Below are positions 9,972 to 19,535 of a DNA stretch of 64,000 bases, one piece after another (within the stretch, counting starts at the first letter, position 1; each line of letters opens with the position of its first letter). Below the pieces are notes generated by a model. That model made no database searches. It worked only from the letters and a program-made list of their open reading frames with translations, and was not told where the DNA came from. The DNA lies in NCBI GenBank assembly GCA_963664705.1, contig OY761556.1, forward strand, positions 5,216,001 to 5,280,000, read 5' to 3'. A program made the position numbers and the translations under genes. Source of the DNA: Acidobacteriota bacterium (GTDB lineage: Bacteria > Acidobacteriota > UBA6911).

Positions 9972-11057
9972 CTATCCATGATGCGTTCCAAGGGCGACGA
10001 ACATCGACTCGACTGCAAGTTGTTTATTAACATTATTTTGCAGGTCACGTTTGAGTTTTTCGACGGCATGAATCGCACGCACGTAGACTTCACGTGAAAT
10101 GGATCGGGCCAGCTGCGTCAGAGTTTCCCGCAAATCTCGCTGAGCCACGCGATCCGGCGCAACGTCGCAAAAATAGATATCCCGCAGCAAGGCCGATACG
10201 GTTTCGATCCACAGCAAAAACAGCTCTTTATCCTTTTCCTTTGTAACCTGAACCGCGATGTTGCTGACTTCAACGAATCTCCCGCGCCGGAGAAGCAGAT
10301 TTACAAACTGAAGCGCCTGGGTCCGAATCTCCCGGTATTCCGTGGTATCGACACTGAGAGCCGTGCCGAGGCTTCCCCCGCTAATAGCGGCAGCCAGGCG
10401 CGCCTCTTCCGCTGCCATCCGCGCATTCGTGGCCAAAAATCGCTCAATCGCCTCCTGCGGAATCGCGCCGAACTGAAGCATGCGCGAACGCGAGCGGATC
10501 GTCTGTAGCAGCGAATACGGGTTTGCCGTAATCAGGATCAGGATCGTGCGGCTGGCCGGTTCCTCCAATGTTTTGAGCAGGGAATTCTGGGCGGCCGCCT
10601 GCATCTCGCCTGCAGGATCGAAAATGACCACGCGGTAGCGAGCTTCTGCCGGCTGAAATGCAATCTCGTCAATCAGGTCCCGGACCTGATCAATCGTGAT
10701 GATGCTTTTTTCATCGGGCTCAATCAAACGAACATCCGGATGCCGCCTGGCTCGGATCTGGCAGTTGGCGCAGGTTCCGCAGAAACCGGTCTTGAGTGTT
10801 TTGCATGGCAAATGACGGCTTTCCAGAATGGCCAGGATCCGCCGGCACGCCGAACAATGGCCGCAAGCGCTGTTCGAAACCGGGGACAGGCAATTCAACT
10901 GCTGGGCAACCAGCAGAGCCAGCGTGGCTTTACCGACGCCTTGCGGCCCGGCAAAAATCATGGCATGCGGTAGGCGATCCTGGGCGATCGCCCGTTTCAG
11001 GATCTCGACGGAATGCGCATTTCCAATAAAACTATCCATGTTCGCCGGAACTGTCAT
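9972..11057 (-). CDS. holB: DNA polymerase III delta-prime subunit
   Basis: HAMIFAGPQGVGK, Cys clusters, HPDV, NSLLKTLEEP, TIRSR. Lies downstream of tmk. Start is 11057 or 11039. Confidence 0.93.
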   Translation of the reverse strand: MTVPANMDSFIGNAHSVEILKRAIAQDRLPHAMIFAGPQGVGKATLALLVAQQLNCLSPVSNSACGHCSACRRILAILESRHLPCKTLKTGFCGTCANCQIRARRHPDVRLIEPDEKSIITIDQVRDLIDEIAFQPAEARYRVVIFDPAGEMQAAAQNSLLKTLEEPASRTILILITANPYSLLQTIRSRSRMLQFGAIPQEAIERFLATNARMAAEEARLAAAISGGSLGTALSVDTTEYREIRTQALQFVNLLLRRGRFVEVSNIAVQVTKEKDKELFLLWIETVSALLRDIYFCDVAPDRVAQRDLRETLTQLARSISREVYVRAIHAVEKLKRDLQNNVNKQLAVESMFVALGTHHG

Positions 11058-11067
11058 GATGCCTCTT

Positions 11068-11700
11068 TCAGGAGAACCAGCCGTCCAGCAGCCGGCAAAC
11101 CCGGTCCGATACTTCGTCCGGAGTCCCCGATGCCGGCACAACACTGATGCGCTGCGGTGCGCCTATCGCCAGCTCAAGGTATGCCGCGCGCACCTTTGCG
11201 TGAAACTCAATTGCTTCCGCTTCAAAACGGCCTTCGGCTAAAGCTATTTCTGACTCGAGGTTTCGGGCCCGCGCTCGTGCCAGTCCGATCTCCGCGTCAA
11301 GATCCAGCAGAATCGTCTTATCCGGTTCAATAATGCCGAGGATTTTGCTCAGTTGTTCTATTTCGGCCCCGGGGATGCCGCGTGCCACTCCCTGATAAGC
11401 TCGCGTGGCATCCTGGTAACGATCCGACAGGACGACAACTCCCCTGCCCACCGCCGGCTCAATGACTTCCTTGATGTGTTGATATCGATCCGCCAGATAA
11501 AGCAGCAACTCGCTGCGAGAATCAATGCGATAGCCGTGCAGCCCCAGAAGAACGCGTCGGAGTGCCACACCGAATTCTGTTCCCCCCGGCTCCCTCGTAA
11601 TCAGGCATTCGATGCCCTTTTTTTCCTCGAGAAAAGTCTTGGCGCGGGCTATTTGCAGGCTTTTTCCAGAACCTTCAATTCCCTCAAATGTGATAAACAC
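11068..11700 (-). CDS. tmk: Thymidylate kinase
   Basis: FITFEGIEGSGKS, TREPGG, LSDRY, AYQG, RFE. Confidence 0.97.
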   Translation of the reverse strand: MFITFEGIEGSGKSLQIARAKTFLEEKKGIECLITREPGGTEFGVALRRVLLGLHGYRIDSRSELLLYLADRYQHIKEVIEPAVGRGVVVLSDRYQDATRAYQGVARGIPGAEIEQLSKILGIIEPDKTILLDLDAEIGLARARARNLESEIALAEGRFEAEAIEFHAKVRAAYLELAIGAPQRISVVPASGTPDEVSDRVCRLLDGWFS

Positions 11701-11857
11701 AGGGATCCTTGCAACTGTTGGTGAATATCTCTTAGAATTCCGCTGAGAGCAGCTTCCGCCATGGCGGTGCCGCCTTCAGAGTAACAAAGCACGATGCGCA
11801 ACTCAACAGGCGCGCGGTCCTGCTTCGAATTCGAATAATGCGGAAGATTATACATTG

Positions 11858-12553
11858 ATGGATTACATTGCCCGCAACATAGAAGAAATACGAGAACAAA
11901 TGGCGAACGCTGCCACGCGGTGCGGACGCAGGATCGATACGATCTCGCTATTAGCTGTCAGTAAGACATTTCCGAAGGAACTGGTCGCCGCTGCCGCTGC
12001 AGCCGGCATTCGTATGTTCGGCGAGAACCGAGTGCAGGAAGCGGAAACAAAGATTCCGCTGCTTTCCGATATGCCCGACTTGCAATGGCATTTGATCGGG
12101 CATCTGCAGACCAATAAGACCAAGCGGGCGGTGGAATTGTTCGACGTTATTCACTCGGTGGACAGCGTTAAACTTGCAGCCAGGCTCGACCAGTTCAGCC
12201 AGGAAGCCGGGAAGATACTGTCGGTGCTAATCCAGGTTGATCTTGGAGGGGAAGAGACCAAATTTGGAGCAGATCCGGAACGGATTCGTGAAATCGTGTC
12301 GGCGGTATCCGACTGCAGGAGTCTGCGCCTCGATGGACTGATGACAATTCCGCCGTTTTTTGAGGACCCGAATCGGGTCCGCCCTTACTTTGCAAAGCTT
12401 CGAGAGATTCGGGATGCTTTGGACGCCGAACAGCCGGGATGTCTCGGACTGAATCACCTGTCCATGGGCATGAGCCATGATTTTGAGCAGGCGATTGAGG
12501 AAGGCGCTACTATTTTGCGGATAGGAACTGCTATTTTCGGGATGCGTGCATGA
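11858..12553 (+). CDS. yggS: PLP homeostasis protein YggS family
   Basis: LLAVSKT, FGENRVQE, WHLIGHLQTNK, LSMGMSHDFE.AI.EGAT.LRIGT. Confidence 0.95.
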   Translation: MDYIARNIEEIREQMANAATRCGRRIDTISLLAVSKTFPKELVAAAAAAGIRMFGENRVQEAETKIPLLSDMPDLQWHLIGHLQTNKTKRAVELFDVIHSVDSVKLAARLDQFSQEAGKILSVLIQVDLGGEETKFGADPERIREIVSAVSDCRSLRLDGLMTIPPFFEDPNRVRPYFAKLREIRDALDAEQPGCLGLNHLSMGMSHDFEQAIEEGATILRIGTAIFGMRA

Positions 12554-12852
12554 ATTCCACAGAGTTGGATATCCGCGCAACTGCTGAAGGGCTTTGTGTC
12601 CGGCTGCACGTCCAACCGCGGGCGAAGCACAGCGAAATCTCGGGCACTCATAACGGAGCGCTAAAAATGAAGATCACCGCTCCACCCGTTGACGATGCCG
12701 CAAACCGGGCCGTCATTGAGTACTTTTCTTCTCTCTTCGGTATTCCAAAATCCAATCTCCGGATAATCTCCGGCCTGAAATCCAGAGAAAAAACCCTTCA
12801 AATCAAAGGTCTCTCTCTTTCCACTTTCATCTCGGGGATCGGACCGACATAG
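12550..12852 (+). CDS. yggU: DUF167 (YggU) family protein
   Basis: VQPRA, APPVD.AAN, SG.KSR.K. Overlaps yggS by ATGA. Confidence 0.88.
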   Translation: MNSTELDIRATAEGLCVRLHVQPRAKHSEISGTHNGALKMKITAPPVDDAANRAVIEYFSSLFGIPKSNLRIISGLKSREKTLQIKGLSLSTFISGIGPT

Positions 12853-12893
12853 GGCTTGCATGGCCCCTGGCTTCATTTCAGGCCAAGCCGACG

Positions 12894-13652
12894 TTATAGT
12901 TCAGAAGCAAGTGACACGACGACGGCGGTGATGTTATCCGGACCACCGCCGGAATTGGCTGCGGCCACCAGAATATCGCTCAACTGCCGGACATCGCCTC
13001 CTCCGCTCAGAAGAATGCGGCAGAGTTCTGCATCCGACAGAACATCTGTCAGGCCATCCGAGCAAAGCAAGAAGAGGTCTCTTTCCATGATCGGACCGGT
13101 CCACAGATCCGCTTCCACTTGAGGCTGCGTCCCGATTGAGCGTGTAATCAGGTTTTTGCGTGGATTTCTCGAAATGCCTTCCTTGGTGATCATGCCGCTT
13201 TTATACAGAGGCCAGACCAGCGAATGATCTTCGGTCAACTGCACAAGCTCGCCGTTGCGCAGAAGGTAGGCGCGGGAGTCTCCAACCTGGGCCACATGAT
13301 AGCGGTCGATCGTAAACGTCAATGCCGTCAAGGTGCTCCCCATTCCGCGATACTCGGCATTGGCTTTTTGAGTTTCGTACACGGTTGTGTTCGCATCGTG
13401 AACGGCGAACCGGAGGCGCTCTTCGATACTCGGAAGGGCGTGATTTGCGGACAAGATGGCCTGCACTTTTTCGGCCGTCATGCGGCTGGCAATTTCACCC
13501 GCAGCGTGACCGCCCATACCATCGGCCACAATGAATATTCCATTGCTAACATCAGTAATAAAGTAATCTTCGTTGGAAATCCTGATTCTTCCCTGATCGC
13601 TTTTTGCTCCACATTCGATGTGCAAGGATATCGCTCCGATTATCTGATTCAA
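12894..13652 (-). CDS. PP2C-family Ser/Thr protein phosphatase (Stp1-like)
   Basis: GRIR.SNED, VADGMGGHAAGE, MGSTL, VGDSRAY, LLCSDGL, GGPDNIT. Confidence 0.95.
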   Translation of the reverse strand: MNQIIGAISLHIECGAKSDQGRIRISNEDYFITDVSNGIFIVADGMGGHAAGEIASRMTAEKVQAILSANHALPSIEERLRFAVHDANTTVYETQKANAEYRGMGSTLTALTFTIDRYHVAQVGDSRAYLLRNGELVQLTEDHSLVWPLYKSGMITKEGISRNPRKNLITRSIGTQPQVEADLWTGPIMERDLFLLCSDGLTDVLSDAELCRILLSGGGDVRQLSDILVAAANSGGGPDNITAVVVSLASEL

Positions 13653-13828
13653 CCTGCATACTAGTCACTCTCACTTTAGAACTAAACTACCAACTTTCAA
13701 AGCGTTTTAAACCGAGCACCCATGCACAACAAACCGAAGAATCCACACGATTTGAGTTCATTGCGGCACGCGCCCTGTCAAACGCCTGTTATGGTAGAAT
13801 ATCGCTTAAATCTATTTTGAGGAAATTC

Positions 13829-15592
13829 ATGAGACATTGGCAATTCCGCACTCGGGTCCTTTGTTCGATGCTTGCCATCTTCCTTTGTACTCTTCTCGGC
13901 TATGCCGGCGTGTCCAGAGCCATCCAGGATCAATACAAGAAGACCTATGAAAACAAGGCAATGTTTCTGAAAATCCCGATCTACTCGGAACGGCAGATGG
14001 TTCTCATCAGCGGGCAGACCTTCCGTGTGGAACAAGGCACTGGAGCGCCACGATTCAAAGTCGGGGATCAGCTTCGCGTGCTTCTTGTTGATTTTGGAGG
14101 AGACGAAATCAAGTTCAAACTGGGGACTATCGGAGCTCCGGGAGGCGTGGAGCTGGGATTCAAGTTTGATTCCAGCCTGCAGGAAGGGTTTGCCAATAGA
14201 GATGTTTTCGATCGGGCGCTGCAGGCCACTTTGACCGAGGGATTGAAGTATACGGATATCGACGAAGCCAAAGACAGTTTTGTCAGGGATCAATTCGACC
14301 GGGCGGTGAAGGAAATGGCGGGATCCGCATCCATCAGCCGGGAGGCTGTTCTCAAAAACATTGCTCCATTCGTACCGGCCTATCTGGAAGCGCAGCGCGA
14401 TATTGATAACCTGAAAAACAGGGTCCAGGATATTTCTTCTCAGCTATCCCAATCACAATCCGAGAATCGCAAGCTTGAATCTGATTCCCGGGCGCAGCAG
14501 GCGGAATTGACGCGGCTTCGAAACACCAATGCTTCCTTGCAGGATAAACTCGAAGGCTATACCTCGCAGATTTCCAAGCTGGGGGATGAGGTTCGTGATG
14601 CCAAGGGAAACGCGCAGGGATACCAAAAAGAACTGGCCAATATTCAACGTTCGCTTAATATGCGGGTGGATTCCAATCGCGACCTGACGGCACAAATCTC
14701 GGATCTCGGCCAGGTTTTGAAGAAGCTGCAAAAGGACAATGATTCTCTGGCGAACCAGGTCTCTTCGCTGCGGGCAAACCTGGATGCGCAGCAGGCATCG
14801 AATGCGCGCCTGGTTGCTGATAATGAAGAATTCAAGGCGGAAACCCGCAGTTTGAAGAGCACCCTCGCAACCCTGACTTCTTCTAAAGATTCGCTGGGCA
14901 GGCAGTATCTCGATCTGAAGACCGAGAAGGAAAAACTCGACGACTTAACTCAAGCCGTCAAGTCGCTGCGCACCCGGGTTGAAGAGGAATCTTCTGAAGG
15001 CGGCGCTTATACCAGCAAGGTAAATGTATACCTGAAGGATGTATTGATCGGCTCTCTATACTGGAACGTTCCGGCCTACCTGAATCGAAATGAAACGAAA
15101 GCCACCGATGCAAGTTTTTCCGCGGCTTCGATTGACTACGTGCGGCTGAATCCCGAGGAGCGGCATATTCTGAAAACGCTGGGAGAGAAACTGAAAATCC
15201 GCCTCGACCTCGTCTCCTCCTTGGATTCCATGACGGTGACGCCGGGTCCGAACAAACCGATCCAGGAAACCGGGGAGCGAGATCAATCCAAATGGCAATG
15301 GAATATCGACAACCAGGGATCAAAGGATGTGCGGCTCGTGCTGACGGCCCGATTGATCAACAAGGATGCGCGGGAAATTCCGCTTTTCCAGCAGGAGAGC
15401 CTCGTAGCCGCCTCCAACATGGTTCGACAGGTTCGTGGGTATCTTCAACCGATACCCGTGATTGTAGGAGCAATCCTCGGATTCCTTCTTTTCGGCATTG
15501 TCGGTGTATTCCGGCGTGGATCGCGCCGCAGGCATATTGAGCCGCCCCGAGACAACCTTCGCACCGATTACGTGGATAAGAAACAGCTTTAA
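13829..15592 (+). CDS. Hypothetical exported long coiled-coil protein with C-terminal membrane anchor
   Basis: GAGG RBS, N-terminal hydrophobic signal, about 200 aa of heptad-like coiled coil, C-terminal TM followed by RRGSRRR. Confidence 0.75.
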   Translation: MRHWQFRTRVLCSMLAIFLCTLLGYAGVSRAIQDQYKKTYENKAMFLKIPIYSERQMVLISGQTFRVEQGTGAPRFKVGDQLRVLLVDFGGDEIKFKLGTIGAPGGVELGFKFDSSLQEGFANRDVFDRALQATLTEGLKYTDIDEAKDSFVRDQFDRAVKEMAGSASISREAVLKNIAPFVPAYLEAQRDIDNLKNRVQDISSQLSQSQSENRKLESDSRAQQAELTRLRNTNASLQDKLEGYTSQISKLGDEVRDAKGNAQGYQKELANIQRSLNMRVDSNRDLTAQISDLGQVLKKLQKDNDSLANQVSSLRANLDAQQASNARLVADNEEFKAETRSLKSTLATLTSSKDSLGRQYLDLKTEKEKLDDLTQAVKSLRTRVEEESSEGGAYTSKVNVYLKDVLIGSLYWNVPAYLNRNETKATDASFSAASIDYVRLNPEERHILKTLGEKLKIRLDLVSSLDSMTVTPGPNKPIQETGERDQSKWQWNIDNQGSKDVRLVLTARLINKDAREIPLFQQESLVAASNMVRQVRGYLQPIPVIVGAILGFLLFGIVGVFRRGSRRRHIEPPRDNLRTDYVDKKQL

Positions 15593-15611
15593 ACTGGTGG
15601 TGTTGTGGCTG

Positions 15612-17426
15612 CTAATCGGGCTGGCTGCCGGTTGGAATCAGCCGAGTTGCGGAATTCCAGGCCCGGATGCGTGCGGCATCCGGTGGATTGAGAAAGTGGA
15701 AGTTGTATCGCTTGTTGTTCCGCGTCTTGATTGCCAATTCACTCCCTTTGAGATCGAACATCCGGAGCCCTTTGTAGGATTCATACAGGCTGTGATCCGT
15801 TTCCGATGTTCTGAACTCCATCCCTTCTTCCGTAAACTGAATCGTTCCCCGGCAGCTCGAAAATGTATGTTTGTGCTCCACAGGGAATGGAACTTTGAGG
15901 ATTGAATTTGCCTGGGCTCGATCCTGAAGATCCTGGATCATGGCCTGGAGCTTTTCCGGGCTATATTTATCCGCCCCGCCCAGCTCCTTGGCTTTCCGGA
16001 GATGCTCCTGTGCTTTGGCAAAATTGTTGCGGTGGTAATCGTAAAGCAATCCAAGATTCAGATGGGCCAGGGCATTATTTGGATTGAGGGACAGGCATTT
16101 TTCAAACTGAAGAATGGCGGTATCCAGCTGTTTCTGGTTTTGATAGCTCGCGCCCATATAGAAATAGGCTTCGTCGCTGTTCGGCTCGTATTTCAGGTAC
16201 TCTGCCCAGTCATCAATTGAGTTCTGATAGGCACCCGATCGGAAGGATGAAAGCGCATTCTGACGCAGGGATGTAATCTTCTTGCGCAGTTCCTGCTGCT
16301 CACTGTTCTTCTGTGCGCGCTGCTGCTCCTGTTGCGTCTGTTCCGCGATCTTCGATTCGACCATGGCAAGGCGGCCCTTGCTGTAGGTGTCTTCGGGAAA
16401 ATACTGCACCATCAGACCGAAATCATTGCGGGCACCCTGCCAGTCGGAAGCGGCGATTTTGGTATCGCCTCGCGTCTGCAGCAGTTCCTTCAAATGAGCA
16501 AAGGCTTCCCGCACATAACCGTTATTCTTATCCAGGCGCTGGATACTGCGGATAGCATCCAATGCATTATCTTTATCCGGCGGCACGAGGCTGCCGGCTT
16601 TCAGTGCAGCATCCGCCCGGGCTTTCCAATCCTGGATTTGCTTTTCTCGATCCTGCACGCTTGCATCCAGCTTGGCCGTGACATCCGCAAGCCGTTCCCC
16701 GATCGAGATGTCGTTTGGCAGCAGCAAGAGCAGATTCTTGTACTGCTTTTCGGATTCGAGCCAATCCTCGCGCGCATAGGCAAGCTCGGCCAGCCGCCGT
16801 ACCGTCTCACTCAACTTGGTTTTGACTTCGATGGCATAGCTGTTTGCAGGATCAATAGCCAGAATCTTTTCCGCAAAATACAGGACGTTATAGTCGTCCG
16901 GCGGAGGCAAAAGTATGTTTTCCTTTGCTGCGGTATCCAGCTTTTTGCGCCACGCTTCGACTTCGGCAAGTTGCTCATTGGTCAGTTGGGGCACAATCGG
17001 CTCCATGCTCCAGTGCATGGTTTCCGCCGCATACGGCATCACGGTGACCGGCTGAATCAGATCCTTGAAGCCTTCCTTTGTGCTTTTCAGCTGATGTGCA
17101 CCGCTCCGAAGATCGGTGATCGTGATTGGGGAGGCCCCTTTCAACTTGCCGTCGAGAAATATAAATGCACCCGGGGGAGTCGTCTTGATCGTCAGGCTTC
17201 CGTATTTTGGTTTCCAGTATTGATACAGGAAGGCGGCGGCAAAGCCCACGACCGCACACAGCACAAGGATAGTGATCCCCAACATCAGGGTCCTTATCCT
17301 GATCTGGGCATGTTTTTGCGGAGATGGCGGGTCGACAAGTCTGCCTGCACCCATGGCCGTGCCATCTGCAGGGCAAAACTCGAACGAATCCGGATAGGAA
17401 TTACCGCATTCAGGACACTCTCTCAT
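15612..17426 (-). CDS. Zn-ribbon / TM / PEGA / TPR protein
   Basis: CPECG..FCPADG, one TM helix, PEGA (L.IKTTPPGA.IFLDG..G.SP), TPRs (EAYFYMGASY, AHLNLGLLY). Start is 17426 or 17447. Confidence 0.8.
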   Translation of the reverse strand: MRECPECGNSYPDSFEFCPADGTAMGAGRLVDPPSPQKHAQIRIRTLMLGITILVLCAVVGFAAAFLYQYWKPKYGSLTIKTTPPGAFIFLDGKLKGASPITITDLRSGAHQLKSTKEGFKDLIQPVTVMPYAAETMHWSMEPIVPQLTNEQLAEVEAWRKKLDTAAKENILLPPPDDYNVLYFAEKILAIDPANSYAIEVKTKLSETVRRLAELAYAREDWLESEKQYKNLLLLLPNDISIGERLADVTAKLDASVQDREKQIQDWKARADAALKAGSLVPPDKDNALDAIRSIQRLDKNNGYVREAFAHLKELLQTRGDTKIAASDWQGARNDFGLMVQYFPEDTYSKGRLAMVESKIAEQTQQEQQRAQKNSEQQELRKKITSLRQNALSSFRSGAYQNSIDDWAEYLKYEPNSDEAYFYMGASYQNQKQLDTAILQFEKCLSLNPNNALAHLNLGLLYDYHRNNFAKAQEHLRKAKELGGADKYSPEKLQAMIQDLQDRAQANSILKVPFPVEHKHTFSSCRGTIQFTEEGMEFRTSETDHSLYESYKGLRMFDLKGSELAIKTRNNKRYNFHFLNPPDAARIRAWNSATRLIPTGSQPD

Positions 17427-17471
17427 CGGAGTAGCACGATAACACATCGTGCGCTGATCAACAAATATCAG

Positions 17472-17504
17472 CCGGGAGCGCTCTGCGGAACGAAGCGCTC
17501 CCGG
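17472..17504. repeat. REP-like palindrome (GGGAGCGC family)
   Basis: ccgggagcgct-N11-agcgctcccgg, a perfect 11-bp inverted repeat. Confidence 0.6.
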
Positions 17505-17520
17505 GTAAGTTCTGCGCTAT

Positions 17521-18897
17521 CTAGGAGAAGCTAAATTTGGAACGGGACAGAAATTCGCCTGTTCCGGGACGGCCCATGACCTTGCCTTCGCGGGCAATCA
17601 CCCGACCGCGCTGGAGGACGAGCCAGGTCGATCCCCGGACCTTCATCCCTTCATAGGGAGTATAGTCCGATCGGGACAGAGCCATGGACTTCGATATTAC
17701 AAACTCCGCCTTTGGATCAAAAATGACCATGTCGGCATCACTGCCTACTGCAAGCGTTCCCTTGCGAGGAAACAGTCCGAACATTCTGGCCGGAGTTGTG
17801 CAGGCCAGATCGACAAGCTTGTTCGGAGAAATTTTTCCCGTATGAACTCCGGCGGCGCAAAGAAGCGAAAGCCGGTCCTGAATCCCCGGGATACCACGCG
17901 GAGCCTGGGTAAAATTCTCTTTGCCTAGATTCTTCTGCCCGGCATAGTTGAAAGCGCGATGATCGCTTCCAACCGCATGAATGTCTCCACTCGAGATCGC
18001 CTTCCAGAGAACATCCCCGTGCCAGGCAGGACGTAATGGAGGCGTGCAATAGTACTTAATGCCCTCAGACTCTTCATAACGATCGCTCGTCAGCATCAGG
18101 TATTGCGGGCAAGTTTCCGCGTACACCGCCTGTCCACGATCGCGAGCCGCTTTGATTTTTTCGATCGCATGGGCAGAGGAAAGGCTTGTGAGATAAATGG
18201 GAGCTTTGGCCATTTCGGCAATGCTGAGCGCACGGGCGGTTGCCTGCGCCTCCACCTCGGGCGGCCTTGCGCCTGTGATAAACCTCGGAAGCGTCTTCCC
18301 TTCAGCCACCAGCCGGCGCAAAAACAGGTCAATGATCTCACCATTCTCAGCATGCAGGCACGGCAGTGCTCCGGCATTCGTCACGCACTGAAGGAACTCC
18401 AACAACTGAGAATCGTTGACGTGCCGTTCGCCGTTCCCATCCAGTCTGACATGGAAGCTGGTTACCCCTGCTTCCACCATCGCCGGAATCTCGCCGAGAA
18501 TACCGGCATTGACCTCGCACACGGCGATGTGGAGCCCATAGTCCACAATCGCTCGAGTGGCAGCCTTGGTCTTCCAGTCCTCAAGCGTTTGCGCAAGCGT
18601 TGTACCCGGAACCTGTTCCGCGTAATCCACCACCGTGGTGGTGCCGCCGGCCGCCGCGGCAGCAGTTCCTGTCTCAAAATCGTCGACAGTGGTCATTCCA
18701 TCGCACTGCGCATCCATGTGGGTATGGACATCCACCGCACCCGGCAAAACCCATTTGTCTGCTGCATCGATGATCTCGCTGGCAATCTTGGATATCTCTC
18801 TCCCGATTTCAGAAACAATCCCGTTTTTCACCAGCACGTCGGCTTTGTACATGTCGCTAGCCGTTATGATGGTCCCATTCTTAATCAAAGTCGTCAT
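17521..18897 (-). CDS. hydA: Dihydropyrimidinase/D-hydantoinase homologue with substituted metal ligands
   Basis: LIKNG, PGAVDVHTH, AAAGGTTT, HAENG, ETCPQY, GSDH, KGTLAVGSDAD. The canonical SFK reads SFH and the VH reads TS. Confidence 0.85.
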   Translation of the reverse strand: MTTLIKNGTIITASDMYKADVLVKNGIVSEIGREISKIASEIIDAADKWVLPGAVDVHTHMDAQCDGMTTVDDFETGTAAAAAGGTTTVVDYAEQVPGTTLAQTLEDWKTKAATRAIVDYGLHIAVCEVNAGILGEIPAMVEAGVTSFHVRLDGNGERHVNDSQLLEFLQCVTNAGALPCLHAENGEIIDLFLRRLVAEGKTLPRFITGARPPEVEAQATARALSIAEMAKAPIYLTSLSSAHAIEKIKAARDRGQAVYAETCPQYLMLTSDRYEESEGIKYYCTPPLRPAWHGDVLWKAISSGDIHAVGSDHRAFNYAGQKNLGKENFTQAPRGIPGIQDRLSLLCAAGVHTGKISPNKLVDLACTTPARMFGLFPRKGTLAVGSDADMVIFDPKAEFVISKSMALSRSDYTPYEGMKVRGSTWLVLQRGRVIAREGKVMGRPGTGEFLSRSKFSFS

Positions 18898-19021
18898 AAT
18901 CTCTCCAGCATCAATCCCGAGAGTTGTTCAGGAATATCGACAAGTAAAAATACGAATCGAGCCAAGATCGCAGTGAACAGCTGCGGAAATCCCGTGCGAA
19001 AAAAGAGCCTAGCTGCAGAAT

Positions 19022-19530
19022 GTTTCAATCGCCCCGCACACCTGCCGCAGGGCGGTATCTAGTACAACCAGATCTTGCCGTGCTCTGCTTCACCATTTGC
19101 CGGCGGTCTGATATTGCCGATTTTCGTCACAGCTCGAGTATGGAGAGGGCACGCGCATCCGGTATCCCTTTCCGGGCTTTCCACCGGATGAAGCGGGGCA
19201 TTCGGCCCATTTTCCCCTCATCCTTAACTCCACTATTCGTGTCGGTACTCCGCTATCTCGGAGATTTCACTACGATCGAAATTCCTCCGTTTTGGCGCGG
19301 CGTCCATGGCGCCCGCACCCTTTATTGGCGGCAGCCACTCCAGGCCGCCGCAAAACCTAATGTCCAAGGGTGAAAATAAGCAACACCACCCTCAATCCCT
19401 TCGGTCTGCCAGGGGATAAGGCCTGCCTGTAATCGCACTCTTTCGAATCGAATCGGACCGAAGGCGGGGATTTCGGCGATTTGCGCGGCCACTCTGAACC
19501 GCGTACCCCTGCTCGTTTTACGAGCAACCG
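19022..19530 (-). ncRNA. Candidate large (~500 nt) structured non-coding RNA, family not recognised
   Basis: At least eight hairpins, several closing only with G-U pairs on the minus strand. One GAAA tetraloop, a long-range AAUCGCC/GGCGAUU pairing, an upstream extended -10, a downstream U-run and no credible ORF. Confidence 0.6.
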
Positions 19531-19535
19531 TGCTG

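Noticed and set aside
19077-19135. GAGCUGUG...CACGGC resembling group II intron domain V
   Set aside because: Spacing and loop do not fit domain V, and there is no intron 5' end or reverse transcriptase
19020-19373. 117-aa plus-strand ORF
   Set aside because: No RBS or recognisable motifs, and it lies antisense to the structured region
19150-19400. Many GGA motifs suggesting a CsrB-like sponge
   Set aside because: About 14 GGA in 500 G-rich nt is near chance expectation, and few are in loops
19436-19448. AUUCGAAAGAGUG resembling the c-di-GMP-I riboswitch P2 hairpin
   Set aside because: The flanking GCAAAC and GACGCAAAG elements are absent
19022-19530. Structured region as RNase P RNA, tmRNA or SRP RNA
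   Set aside because: No GAGGAAAGUCC or ACAnAAnnnnGCUUA, no tRNA-like ends with CCA, and no GGAAG-GAAGCAG SRP core on either strand
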